Assembly (NCBI GenBank): GCA_964016885.1
Contig: OZ024748.1
Coordinates: 21,824,001-21,888,000 of the forward strand
Direction of reading: 5' to 3'
DNA: 64,000 nt
Source: Eledone cirrhosa
Taxonomy: Eukaryota
The notes beneath the pieces are model-generated. The model did no database searches and was not told where the DNA came from. It worked only from the letters and a program-made list of their open reading frames with translations. Shown here piece by piece: positions 40,991 to 55,030 of this stretch (positions within the stretch are counted from its first letter, which is position 1; each line of letters starts with the position of its first letter). Position numbers and translations under genes: made by a program.

Positions 40991-41656
40991 CATTTTCTTT
41001 TTTTAATTTTCTTTTTTTTTTTTGCTTCAATTGAAAAAAAAAAAAAACTGTTTTGGAGAAAAAAAGGAATTTTATTTTTGTTTAATTTCTTCTCAACCTA
41101 GCTGGACATATTGGTCAACTTTCATGAAGAAATGGTTATTATTAATATTATTATTGTTGTTATTATTTTTATAATTATTATTATTAGTTAGCCTGTTTTT
41201 GATTTTCTAAATACAGAAGGAAGAAGGAACGTAGCTATTGTCAATGTTGGATTTCTAAAGAAAGAATTTAAGTGAGAAATGATACAGGAGCAAGGATATC
41301 ATTAGATGTATGAGTAAAGTGCATTTTTAAAACACTGTCGTTGCTTTCTTTCTTCTTTTCTTTTTTTTTTTTTTTCAGTTTTCCTTTTATGTAATTTGTT
41401 ATTTTTTTTGTGTGTGTGTTTGTTTTTCAGTCTCATAAAAGAAATATGCTAAAATTGAAACCAGTCCTGCCCATGTATGTTTTGTGTAAGAAAGATAGAT
41501 AGATAGATAGGTAGGTAGATAAACTGATTGACTGATAGATAGATAGATAGACTGATTCACTGACTGATAGATAGATTGATTGATAGAGGGGTAGATAGGT
41601 GGACTGACTGGCAGATAGATCAATAGTGAGTGGAAGAAATGGGGAAGAAGTGCATG

Positions 41657-41705
<49 letters not shown>

Positions 41706-41827
41706 GTGTGTGTCTGTGTGAAATATAGACAGCTTGTGAGAGAAAAGGGGTAAGAAGTGTATGTACTGTATGTGTATGTGATTAAGAGATATGTCTTTGT
41801 GTAAAGGAGAGTGCAAGTGTTTATGTT

Positions 41828-43520
41828 GGTGTATAAGAGAGTGTATATAGTCTATATATGTGACAGTGATGTAGACATTGAATATTTCTGTTGGTGTGTA
41901 TGTATGTATGTGTGTGTGTGTGTATGTATGAGATTGTATATATATGGCAGTGGTGTAGACTGAATGTGTGTATAAGAGAGTATATATAGTCTATGTATGA
42001 CAGTGATGGTGTGTATAAGAGAGTGTATATAGTCTATATATGTGACAGTGATGTAGACATTGAATATTTCTGTTGGTGTGTATGTATGTATGTGTGTGTG
42101 TGTATGTATGAGATTGTATATATATGGCAGTGATGTAGACTGAATGTGTGTATAAGAGAGTATATATAGTCTATGTATGACAGTGATGTAGACAGTGAAT
42201 GTGTGTATAAGAGAGTGTATATAGTCTATATATGACAGTGATGTAGACAGTGAATGTGTGTATATAGTCTATATATGACAGTGATGTAGACAGTGAATGT
42301 GTGTATAAGAGAGTGTATATAGTCTATATATGACAGTGATGGTGTGTATAAGAGAGTGTATATAGTCTATATATGACAGTGATGTAGACAGTGAATGTAT
42401 GTATAAGAGTGTATATAGTCTATATATGACAGTGATGTAGACAGTGAATGTATGTATAAGAGAGTGTATATAGTCTATATATGACAGTGATGTAGACAGT
42501 GAATGTGTGTATATAGTCTATATATGACAGTGATGTAGACAGTGAATGTGCGTATAAGAGAGTGTATATAGTCTATATATGACAGTGATGTAGACAGTGA
42601 ATGTATGTATAAGAGAGTGTATATAGTCTATATATGGCAGTGATGTAGACTGAATGTATGTATAAGAGAGTGTATATAGTCCTATATATGACAGTGATGT
42701 AGACAGTGAATGTATGTATAAGAGTGTATATAGTCTATATATGACAGTGATGTAGACAGTGAATGTATGTATAAGAGAGTGTATATAGTCCTATATATGA
42801 CAGTGATATAGACAGTGAATGTATGTATAAGAGAGTGTATATAGTCCTATATATGACAGTGATGTAGACTGAATGTGTGTATAAGAGAGTGTATATAGTC
42901 CTATATATGACAGTGATGTAGACAGTGAATGTGTGTATAAGAGTGTATATAGTCCTATATATGACAGTGATGTAGACAGTGAATGTATGTATAAGAGAGT
43001 GTATATAGTCCTATATATGACAGTGATGTAGACAGTGAATGTGTGTATAAGAGTGTATATAGTCCTATATATGACAGTGAATGTATGTATAAGAGAGTGT
43101 ATGTAGTCTATATATGACAGTGATGTTAGACAGTGAATGTATGTATGTATAAGAGAGTGTATATAGTCTATATATGACAGTGATGTAGACAGTGAATGTA
43201 TGTATAAGAGAGTGTATATAGTCTATATATGACAGTGATGTAGACAGTGAATATGTGTATAAGAGAGTGTATATAGTCTGTATATGACAGTGATGTAGAC
43301 TGAATGTGTGTATAAGAGTGTATATAGTCTATATATGACAGTGATGTAGACAGTGAATGTATGTATAAGAGAGTGTATATAGTCTATATATGACAGTGAA
43401 TGTATGTATAAGAGAGTGTATATAGTCTATATATGACAGTGATGTAAGACAGTGAATGTATGTATGTATAAGAGAGTGTATATAGTCTATATATGACAGT
43501 GATGTAGACAGTGAATGTGT
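41828..43520. repeat. ~55-bp minisatellite (GACAGTGATGTAGACAGTGAATGTATGTATAAGAGAGTGTATATAGTCTATATAT)
   Basis: Direct tandem reading with length variants. Confidence 0.93.
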
Positions 43521-45026
43521 GTTTTGAGGGCGGCTGTTTGTTTTATGCTTTTGGTAAATTCCTGGTAAAGTTGATCTGTAGTATTTCACTTTCAACATTT
43601 CCTTATGTTGCCTTGTTTTCGCTTACATACACACATTGATGCACTCTCACACATACACACACATTAATGCACTCACCTACACACACACACACACATGGAT
43701 ACACTCACACACAAATATGCATACATTTAGATCCACTCACACACATGCATATATATGAATGCACTCAAACACACAGGTGCAAACACACACACACATTCAT
43801 TGATGCACTCACTCACACAACCACCCACTTGGATGTACTCACATACATGGACACAAATTCACACACACACATTGATGCACTCATACACCCACCCACTTGA
43901 ATGTACTTGCATACATGAACATGACTTTACACACACACACACACACACAGGTTTGGATTAGTTTTATGGAAATATTTGTAAGGGTATTTAGAGAATATTC
44001 AATGATTTTTTTTTCTTATTCCACCTCTATACTTGAGGCTGAAAAACTACCCCTCACCCTTACTGATTCTCTGGCTGTGATTAGATTTACATACATGCGC
44101 ACAATAAAGGATATGTTAATATGGTAACATAAGAAGAAAATATACAGAACTTTGCCTTTAACTGACGATTATGCACTCATTTTTGTAAGATTTGGTATTT
44201 TTAGTGGGCTTATATAATTTGTTTATTTTTGTCTTTTTGAAATCAATATCTTTATGTATGTGTATATGCACAGAATCTGTATAGTTGCACATACTATCTG
44301 TTTGCAACTGTATTTTGCAAGTATGTACACTCATATTATTACCTTATATCATTGCTTACATTAAAATACAAACAAACCTGCTTCTATGTAAAGGTTACTG
44401 CTTTGCCTTGATAAATGTTAGTTTTGGGGGCAGAGATGGTGCATCATTATGTTGCAGCTGCAGGATACAGTTGCATTGCTGTAGCTTTGTAAGTGCTTAT
44501 TTAGATAAATGAGCATGCATCTCTTCTATCATATATAGCTACAGGTTACAGACATTACATTTTACATGCATGAAGTATTTAGTTAGAATTTTATCTTCTC
44601 CATCCCCCCGGCACACTGTCTTGTGCATATTTTGGAAACAATTTCACAAAAGTATTTTAATTATTAATTAACAGGAATTAATTACAAGAGGAATATAATG
44701 TTCTGTAAAATTGTTCTTTTGTGTTTGTTCCTCTTGACCAAATTCAAACTATTAGTGTTCTGAATAGCTGATCACTATAAATAATAATTGAGAAAATCAG
44801 GTAAAATATCCCTGGAGACGAGAAAAAAGGGGACAGAGATGACCCTCCACTTTTGATCTACTTATTTGAGTCTCTTAACTATCATTTATTATGATCAACT
44901 ATTATTGGGGTCATTTCTGTGCTGGGACAACATTTCAAATTTTAAATTTCAAACTTTCCCAATGCTTCTTAAGTGAATGGTTTTTAGTGTTCTATGTTAG
45001 TTGGAATCTCTGATTATATTGTTATA

Positions 45027-45530
45027 TGGCCAGAGCTGTGACACAGTCAGAATATATCTATAGCCAGAGCTGTGACACAGTCAGAATATATCCATAGCTA
45101 TAGCTGTGACACAAAGTGAGGTATTTATAGTCAGAGTATATCTATAGCCAGAGTTGTGACACAAAGTTAGAATATATTTATAGCCAGAGCTGTGACACAG
45201 AATATATCTGTGACACAAAGTGAGAATATATCCATTAGCTAGAACTGTGACACAGAATATATCTAGCCAGAGCTGTGACGCAATATATCCATACCCAGAG
45301 CTGTGACACAGTCAGAATATGTCTATAGCCAGAGCTGTGACACAGTCAGAATATATCTATACCCAGAGCTGTGACACAGTCAGAATATATCTATACCCAG
45401 AGCTGTGACACAGTCAGAATATATCTATAGCTAGAGCTGTGACACAAAGTCAGAACATATCCATAGCTAGAGCTGTGACACAGAATATATTCATTAGCCA
45501 GAGCTGTGACACAAAGTCAATATATTCATT
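45027..45530. repeat. ~34-bp minisatellite (AGCCAGAGCTGTGACACAGTCAGAATATATCTAT)
   Basis: Direct reading. Confidence 0.9.
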
Positions 45531-45689
45531 AGCAGTCCAAACAATGAACAATTAAGACCATTTGATTCTATCTCTAATTGTCTTTCTACTCACCATCCTT
45601 AATTTATTGTGTCCATTTGCTCCCTTGGCCTGACTTGTGGCACTCTGTCTATTTTTGTCTTCTATCTTTTACATTCAAATTTTAGCAGT

Positions 45690-46568
45690 GGTCAACACGA
45701 ATCATGTGTGTTAGAATATATGGTATTGGTCAGCATTTGGATGGCTGTGTGTTACTATATATGGTATTGGTCTACATGTGTGACTATATATGGTATTGGT
45801 CAACATGTCATGTGGGTGACTAGGTGGTATTGGTCAACACGTGGTAGATATGTGTGACTATATATGATATTGGTCAAGACATTGTGTGACTATATATGAT
45901 ATTGGTCAAGATGTCACGTAGATGTGTGACTGTGTGTGGTATTGGTCATGACGTAAATGTATTAGACTGAATATGGTGTTGGTCAATTTCATGTGATAAC
46001 TCTATGTAACACTGATGAATGTATGTCAATATATAGCATTGGTCAACAGGTGTTAAATGTCTGTATGGTGTTGGTCAACATCTGGTAAATGTATGTTACA
46101 ATTTAAAGCATTGGGCAACATGTGGTGAATGTATGTTGCAATATATAGCATTGGTTAACATGTGGAGATGTTGCAATATATAGCATTGGTTAACATGTGG
46201 TAAATGTATGATTGTATGGTGTTGAGCAACATGGTGAATGTTACAATACATGGCATCGGTTATGTGGTAGATGGAACAATGTATAGCTCTGGTCAACATG
46301 TGGTGAATGTATGTCAATGTATAGCTGTGGTCAACATGTGGTGAGTATGTCAATGTATAGCTGTGGTCAACATGTGGTGAATGTATGTGACAATATATAA
46401 CACTGGTCAACATGTGGTGAATGTATGTGACAATATATAGCTCTGGTCAACATGTGGAAGATGTCTGATTGTATGGTGTTGGTCAACATGTGGTAGATGT
46501 CTGTGATTGTATGGTGTTGGTCAACATGTGGTAGATGTCTGTGATTGTATGGTGTTGGTCAACATGTG
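45690..46568. repeat. Degenerate ~40-bp minisatellite (GGTCAACATGTGG core)
   Basis: Recurrent TTGGTCAACATGTGG motif at ~40-bp spacing. Confidence 0.8.
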
Positions 46569-47509
46569 AATATTTAAAGCTGGAAGACCTCATGTTTATA
46601 AACTACTCTGTACATTTGATGATGGTTTTATTTTCTTGTTAAATCTCAATATTTTACCACATAGGAACTCTTTCTTTGTGTCTGTGACTTTCATTCTTGC
46701 AATTCTTCCAATATTTTCATTGTTTTAAGGGACTGCTGTGTCAAAAAACAAAACAAAACAAAATAAATCAAACAAACAAAAAAAAAAAGGGACTGAGAAA
46801 TAGAAACATTGTAGGATTGTCATTAGAAAATGTAAATATCTAGAATAATGATAATATCACATAATTCTTCCTTTTTACTTGTTTTAATTGTTACACAGAG
46901 AAGGAATGAGAAATATAATTGTTTCTACTTTTGGCATAAGGCCAGCAATTATCCCAGTGCATTACTGGTACTTTATTTTATTGACCCCCGTATGGATAAA
47001 AGGCAAAGCTAACCTCGGCGGTTTTAAACTGTCTGAGTTCAAATCCTGCTGAGGTTAATTTTGCCTTTCATCCTTATGGGGTCGATAAAATAAAATACCA
47101 GTAATGTACTGACCTTGTGCCAAAAGTAGAAACAATATATATTGTTCTATATTCTTAGATTCCGAGAATGTCAATCACAATTTTTTTTAATCTTTTTTTT
47201 TTGGTTACATTTGAAATACTTAAGATGTAAATCTTATCAAGTAAATTTTGTTTGCTTCTAAAGAAAGAAAAAAAAACAACAAAAACAAAAAAACAAACAG
47301 ATGTTTGACATTAGTTGTGGTTTGTAAAAAGATAAAAAAAAAAGATGGCTCGACAAATGGACAAATATATGTTGAATAGTTCTGCTTGAATTTGTAATGT
47401 ATTGGCTGAACATGAATTATGTAATATTTAAAGTAAATCATCTATTATTCTGTGACGGCGATGAATTTGTTTTGCAAGGTCTTTGATATGAAATTGTGTA
47501 TTGAAACAA

Positions 47510-47913
47510 ATATTGTTATATTTGGAGAGGGTCATATTGTTATAATATTGCCGGAAATATATAATAAAATACACTCACTGTTTGGTTTGGGTTGGTTATC
47601 CCTATAGTTAATTTAGCTGACAATCAATGTTTATCATTGATTGACCAACAGTTAAAAAATATAGATAAAATAGTATCACTGATGATGTCACAGGTGTGTG
47701 TCAAAAGAACTCTGAGAGCCTATATATATATATATTTACATCTATATTTTTAACTATTGGTCAATAAATGATAAGCATTGATTGCCAGCTAAATTAACTA
47801 TAAGGATATAAAATATTCAGAAGTGAAAACCAACCCAAACCAAACTGAGTGTGTTTTATTATATATTTCTGGCAATATTATAACAATATGACCCTCCCCA
47901 AATATAACAATAT
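47510..47913. mobile_element. Foldback (long inverted repeat) element with a central hammerhead-like core
   Basis: Termini ATATTGTTATATTTGGAGAGGGTCATATT / AATATGACCCTCCCCAAATATAACAATAT; imperfect ~155-bp arms; centre CTGATGATGTCACAGGTGTGTGTCAAAA. Confidence 0.7.
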
Positions 47914-48129
47914 CTATTATTCTTATTTATTATAATTAAACAAAAAAATGATTTTGTTTTTCAGTATTGATTGATATTGGGAACTGGATTGATTGGGTGT
48001 TTGGCTTAGTGGTGGTGTTGGTAGTGGTGGTGGTTATGGTGTTGGCATTGATGGTGGGGGAATATTTTATTTTTTGAAAAATTCTTTCTATTTTTTGTTT
48101 CCTTTTGTGAATTCTTACCTTTCTTAACA

Positions 48130-48570
48130 AAACATGCAAACAGTTGTAGAGCTTTGAGGCACACACATAAACACATGTAGATAGTTATATAGCTTGGGTA
48201 CACAGACACTAAAACATGTAGACAGTTGGATAGCTTGGGTACAGACACATTAAAACATGTAGACAGTTGGATAGCTTGGGTACACAGACATTAAAACATG
48301 TAGACAGTTGGATAGCTTGGGTACAGACACATTAAAACATGTAGACAGTTGTATAGGTTGGGTACAGACATTAAAACATGTAGACAGTTTTATAGGTTGG
48401 GTACAGACATTAAAACATGTAGACTGTTTTATAGTTTGGGTACACAGAACAAAAACATGTAGATAGTTGGATAGCTTGGGTACACACATTAAAACATGTA
48501 GACCGTTGTATAGCTTGGGTACACACACATTAAAACATGTAGACCGTTGTATAGCTTGGGTACACACATA
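48130..48570. repeat. ~40-bp minisatellite (TAAAACATGTAGACAGTTGGATAGCTTGGGTACAGACACAT)
   Basis: Direct reading. Confidence 0.9.
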
Positions 48571-49568
48571 CATAACAACACTCGAAAAAATGAAAAAATA
48601 AACTTCACAGAATTTAGCAGTAGTATTAACAAGAAAACAAGGCAACGGTTTGTTGTTAAAAGGGGTCTAATTAACAAAAAATAAAATCTAAAAATTCAAC
48701 CAAAATGGAAAAGCAAACGAAACATTGAAAGAAATTGGAACAATTTTCTCTTTTCTATTTTTTTGTTTCATTTTATTTTAATTCAAAACAATAAACAACA
48801 AAAAAAAAACTACTTTAAAATTGGTCTTTGTTTTGTTTTCCTCTCCCTTTAATTAATTAACATCAAATATTTTAAAGTGGTGAATAAGTCGTTAGAGCAT
48901 CAAATAGTTTTTTGAACTCTGAGTTAAAAATTCTACCGAGGTCAACTTTGCTTTTCATTCTTCCAGTTTAGGGGGTCAATTAAATAAAGTACCAGCCAGA
49001 GGAGAGTGTGGTGGTGGAAATGTTAGAGTGTGTGTCAGATGGACAAACAGGATACCTTGAGTGGTATCTGTTCTGGTACTTATCTTTTCTGAGTTCAAAT
49101 CCTACCTAGGGATTATCTATATATAAATTTCAATGACTTCCGTCTGTTCTTCTGTCACACAATGTGTGTGTTTGTGTGAATCCATGTGTGTGTATAAAAG
49201 GAAGGGGGTGGTGAAAAAGAATTATGGCAAAACAGCGGCTGGTGTTCTATTTGCTACGCTGTGTGTGAGTGTATGTTTGTGTGAATGTATATTTTTGTAA
49301 GTGTGTCTGTGTTTACACATTTATATTTATATACTCGTACATATAAATGTATGCATATGCACATACACAAGCACACACATACACACACACACACATACAC
49401 ATAAGCGTCAGCATGTTTAAAACATCCTAGGTTCACAATGAATTATGAAAGTTGTAATGGGTAGAGAAAGAGGATTCTGGCCGTCTGCTCTGTTCTTTCA
49501 GTTTAATGAGAATTATAACGATGATGATGATGTCTATCGGATCAACTATAATGACAAACAGTGTTTAA

Positions 49569-49689
49569 CCCTTTAACATTTAAGCCGACTGTATCCGGCC
49601 AGAATTCTCTCATAGATTTGATATGTGAGGTAAAAGCCCTTACCATAAAAGTATAATAGTATATATAGAGTAATGTAAATGCTAAAGGG
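49569..49689. mobile_element. Internally deleted piggyBac-type MITE
   Basis: TTAA|CCCTTTAACATTTA ... TAAATGCTAAAGGG|TTAA. Confidence 0.8.
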
Positions 49690-52600
49690 TTAATACTCCA
49701 ACAGTATTTTGAAGGGAAGTAGAGGATGGATTGGTAAAATTGGTAGAGCCTCGAATAAAATATATAAAAGATGCTACATGTCATATTTTAGTGTTAGATG
49801 CTACGTGTCATGTTAGTGTTAGAAGCTGCATGTCACATGCTAGTGTTAGATGCTACATGTTATATTTTAGCGTTATACACTACATGTCATATATTAGTGT
49901 TAGCTGCTACATGTCATATTTAAATGTTAGATGCTACATATCATATTTTAGTGTTAGACACTACATTAGTTTCAATGTCATCACTCACTAAACTTTATTC
50001 TTCAAGAATCACCAAAGCTTGTCTGAGATGAATTAAAATTTAAAGTTTGTCTCAAGCATGGAGGGTCCATATCCTGATTCCCTTGGTGTTAAGTGGCTCA
50101 GAATACAAGAATTCTCCTTGGACAGGGTTAACTCCCAGTTACTGCCAATACCCATGTGTACTTGAGTTATGTGAAATGAATCTATTAATCTTTTGCTAAA
50201 GGTATTTTAACCTGAAATATATAAGGACCTATAAAGAACTGCATGGTAACATCCCAACATCATTGTTATAATATTTACCGTCCAATCCACCTTGTGGCAG
50301 TTTTAAACAAAACATTATTCTATGTTCTATACATGCACTTTTGATGAGTTGTAGTGCACCTGAGCAGTGTACACAATAATTTTCATTATTATCATTATCA
50401 TTATTATTATTGGGCAGTGGGTTGGCAGAATCGGTAGAGCGTCAGACTTCATGCTTTACAGCATAGAGTTACGACCCTTTAAGTTCTTAGTTCAAATCCT
50501 GCTGAGGCTACCTTTGTCTTTCATCCTTATGAGGTCGATAAAATAAAGCACCAATAATGCACTGGGGTCGATTTAATTGACCCCCCCCCCCCCCAAAAAA
50601 AAAATTGCTGGCCTTGTTCCTAAAGTAGGAATAATTATTATTATTTTACACTTTGTTTCAAACAGATTACAGGTACAGGTATAACTAGCTTTACTAGAGT
50701 AAAGTGTTTTGCTTACGGACACGTTGCACTACCAGAAATCAAACTCTTGTCCTTATGATCATGAATCGAACACCCTAACCACTTAGCCATGCGCCTTCGG
50801 CTGTAAATAGCATACATACATAAATATCATAGCCGACAGTAGTGAGAGCTGTGTACAATTAATGGCTATTTTCAGTTTGTCGTAGATTTGAAGTTAAATT
50901 CTACAATGAAAATAGGACGAGACGGTTGGGCTTCAATTTCCTGGCTTCTCTAATATTACTAGGAGACGAAATAATTTATGGTTTTTCCAAGATATACAAA
51001 GCTACAAAAATTATTTAAAAATAGCTTAGTCAAGGGAAATAACTCTATACTTATTAGAATTATTTCCCTTCTTATGTATTTTAATCTACTTGCTAATGAG
51101 ATATCTGTGCAGTATGTATACAATGAGATATGATTAAAAAGTAGATAGTTGAAAATGAACGAACAAAACACAAAAGACAATTGTATACAGTTATATTAGG
51201 TTCACGCTTGATGGAAGTGGAGGAGGTTTCAACGTTTCGGACAGAAGTCCTTCACTAGGAAAGTGCAGATAGGAAGAGAACAGGAATTCCGAGGAGAAAA
51301 GAGGGTTTTAAGGAGGGAAGTTACAAAATAAAAACAAATAAAAATAATGATAACATACATACATACATTTGTGAAATTATAAAATCAGAAGAACATACAT
51401 ACATACATAGTGCCAGATGGTGCTATTAAGTTAGACATGACTTGGGCCAACACTGACCGAAACCTATTAAAGTTAATATATAATATCATTCTCCTCTTAA
51501 AATATTGTGTGTATGTGTGTGTATATATACTATGTATATATACGGGCGTGTGTCCATCCGTCCGATTCGCCGTTCAACCATCTATTATTCCAGCCAAAGC
51601 GCCCTTTTATCTGTGGCGACTCCAGATCACGTGTAAGTGACCACGCCACAGTCATATGTACATTTAACGAAACACAGGGAAATCCAGCGCGACACAGTGT
51701 GTGTTAAGGCTTTGAATTACAATTACAATTCATCCGACGGGCTTCCAAACAGTTTCCGTCCACCCAATTTAACTGACAAGGCTTGGATTGATCCATAGGC
51801 TATGGTAAATAACTGTTTCTACTTTAGGCACAAGGCCAGCAATTACCCAGTGCATTACTGGTACTTTATTTTATCGACCCCGTAAGGATGAAAGGCAAAG
51901 TCAACCTCGGTGGGATTTGAACTCAGATCGTAAAGGGACGTAACTATGCTGGATTGCCTAAGATACCGTGCAGTGCAATCGAACATGGGACCAAATGGTT
52001 GCAATGTTAAAATTACTCTAAATTTTCTAAATCAATTTGTTGCAATTCGACTCCCCATCTTACACAAGGGAGTAGCTAAAATATGTGCCACCTAGGGCAC
52101 CTCTTGAGTTTGTCGACCACGGTCATTCCCCTCTCCCCCATATTTTCAAATATACACAACAGACTCCACAATGCCATCCACATAAATGTGTCCCATGGGA
52201 AGGACCGACCGTCTCTCACCACCTTCTCAGCTACGTTACTGCTGACACTTTTATACACACTCTGCCCAAATTCTTCCCAAAGACATTCCTCAGGAACTCA
52301 CAATTAACAACTATAAGAATTCAAACCGAACATTAGTACCAAATATCTTTTATTCAGTAATTTGATACATTTTCATATCATTAAAACGAAATATGTTTTG
52401 TAAATTATCACATTTTGATATTTATCTTTTATTGTTTATTGTTGTAATTATAATATTTTAATCTTAAATTTAAAATAGTTATGCAGTTAATGTTTATATG
52501 ATATATAAAATAAAACAATATTTTACTTCATTCTATTGTTCTTGACACCATTACCAAGCATTTTAGGACATTTTAAAACGTATTTATCACTTGGTGGTGG

Positions 52601-53101
52601 ATTATATTTTTATATTTTCTAAGTTTTTCTGGTCTGGCTAATATAAGAACAAAAATCCTATTTTGGAATAATTTTCATTGCAGAATAAATTTTCATATAT
52701 TTCTTTTCGGTATTTAATTCTTTTTAACACACAGTTTCAAATAAATTCCAGTTGTCATTAAAAGTTTCAGCAACATCCTACAATGTAAAAAAAACGGAAA
52801 GAAAAGAACTGTATATATATTGTCAAAATATTTTAAAAGTTCATATGGAGCAAATTTTAGTAGTTGCTTTCTTTCTTAGATACATTTTTATAGGTATTGT
52901 ATTAAAAAATACACCTGAGTAAATGTTAGAATATATTCATATTTTACTCTTCAGGGACTTTCCTGATGATTTCATATGAATGAAACAGTTCTAATCCTGT
53001 AGAAGTCTTTCTATATAAAATAAAAAAATGCTTATACTCTACCAATGTATTGAGTATACTTTTTAATTGTGGTTACTCTCCGACACATCTTAGGAATCTA
53101 C

Positions 53102-53140
<39 letters not shown>

Positions 53141-53194
53141 CGTTTCTGAATTTGTTTAGCAAGATTCTTTATCTGAAATCGTGTGTTGAAACCG

Positions 53195-53583
53195 ATATTG
53201 TTATACTTTGGGAGGGCCATGTTGCCAATAAGAAACACACGCACCAGTTGCTTTCACTTCAATTTATTATATATTTATAAATTTATAAATTTACAAATCT
53301 ACAAACTTATAAATTTCTGGTTGGTTGGTTGGTTCCACAACCAGATAGTTGTTTATATATAGTCATAGTCCTTTCGTCACACACTCTGAAGAGGTCACAG
53401 AGTGTGTGACGAAAGGACTATGACTATATATAAACAACTATCTGGTTGTGGAACCAACCAACCAACCAGAAATTTATAAGTTTGTAGATTTGTAAATTTA
53501 TAAATTTATAAATATATAATAAATTGAAGTGAAAGCAACTGGTGCGTGTGTTTCTTATTGGCAACATGACCCTCCCAAAGTAT

Positions 53584-53591
<8 letters not shown>
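53195..53591. mobile_element. Near-perfect palindrome (~194-bp arms, 9-nt loop), same terminal family as 47510
   Basis: Arms 53195-53388 and 53398-53591 are reverse complements with about one mismatch; loop AAGAGGTCA. Confidence 0.9.
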
Positions 53592-53650
<59 letters not shown>

Positions 53651-53654
53651 GTCT

Positions 53655-53922
53655 CAAGCCAGGAGGCTCATCAGGCCGTTGCTTATTCCAGTTTCCATGG
53701 CGTTAAGCGACTGAGAGCACAATACTCCCCCTTGGACAGGACGGCAGACCATGGCAGGGTTAAACTCCCAGCTATTGCTGGTAATCATTTTCAGTTGAGT
53801 ATATTGGAGCAACGGGAAATTAAGTGTTTTGCTCAAGAACACAACACACACAATCCAGTCTAGGAATCGAACCCACAAGGTGATAAGTCCAACACCCTTA
53901 TCACTAGACCACGTGCCTCCAT
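53655..53922 (-). mobile_element. tRNA-derived CORE-like SINE
   Basis: - strand GGAGGCACGTGGTCTAGTGATAAGG...GGGTTCGATTCC...TTCTTGAGCAAAACACTTAA. Confidence 0.7.
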
Positions 53923-53946
53923 GTCGTATATACATATATACACATA

Positions 53947-54024
<78 letters not shown>

Positions 54025-55030
54025 TTTTTTTTTTTGAAACATTTAAAAAAAAAATTTCTTAATTTATAATAAATTGGAGTGAAAGCAACTGGTGCGTGTG
54101 TTTCTTATTGGAAACATGACCCCCCCCCCCTCAAATATAACAATATATATATATATATATATATCCAAGTGAAGGCGTGTGGCTGAGGGGTTAGAGAATT
54201 GGATTCGCAATCGTAAGGTTGTGAGTTCGATTCCTGGACCAGGCGATGCGTTATGTCCTTGAGCAAGACACTTTATTTCACGTTGCTCCTTCTACCTGGA
54301 GTTGCGACCGATAGATAGTATTAGCAATTGGAAAGACCAACGGAAACATTGTTCCCTCGGTCCGATTTGACGAAAGTCGATCGTTCCTTTATATATATCC
54401 AATGTAAGGTTTAGTGTCATTAAGTTGTATATCGTTCATATTTGCATAAACATTTGTAAATTGAAAAGGTCATCTGAAGTATATTCAGGAAGTTGCAGAC
54501 TTGTGATTCGGTGTTGATGAAGCGACTTACATTCTAGTATTTCTCTAATATATTATTGAGTCTTAATGTCTTATATAGCATGAAACCACATTAGCAAAAC
54601 AGGAAGTATTATGATTGTATCACAGGGCGGTGGATTGGCAGTATCGGTAGGGGGTCGGACGCCATGCTTTGGCGCATTGAGTTACGGTCCTTGCCATTCT
54701 GAGTTCAAATCCCGCCGAGGTTAACTTTGCCTTTCATCCTTACGGGGTCAATAAAATACAGTACCAGTAATACACTGGGTATTTGCTGGCCTTGTGCCTA
54801 AAGTAGAAACAATTATGACTATCACATTAAAAATTAAAGTCTTTACTCTGTTACTGCACATTTTCATAACAATTTCCCTCTTAGTAAAGACTCAAAAAAA
54901 CGTTTGAATTAATTTTTAACATCCTGAAGCAGTTAATAACAGATTCACATAAACATCTCTCAAAGTAAGCCATAATAGTTGTCAGATATGTGATAGTGAT
55001 TAATTGAAATGATATAGAGAGTTTACCTTA

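Noticed and set aside
39621-41816. Numerous ORFs rich in YI, HT and CV
   Set aside because: Translations of (TA)n/(CA)n microsatellites; the same applies at 53424-54062, 56264-56572 and 62104-62542.
54171-54245. tRNA-like sequences here and at ~56647-56710
   Set aside because: A/B boxes are present but there is no proper cloverleaf, and they continue into SINE bodies; treated as SINE heads.
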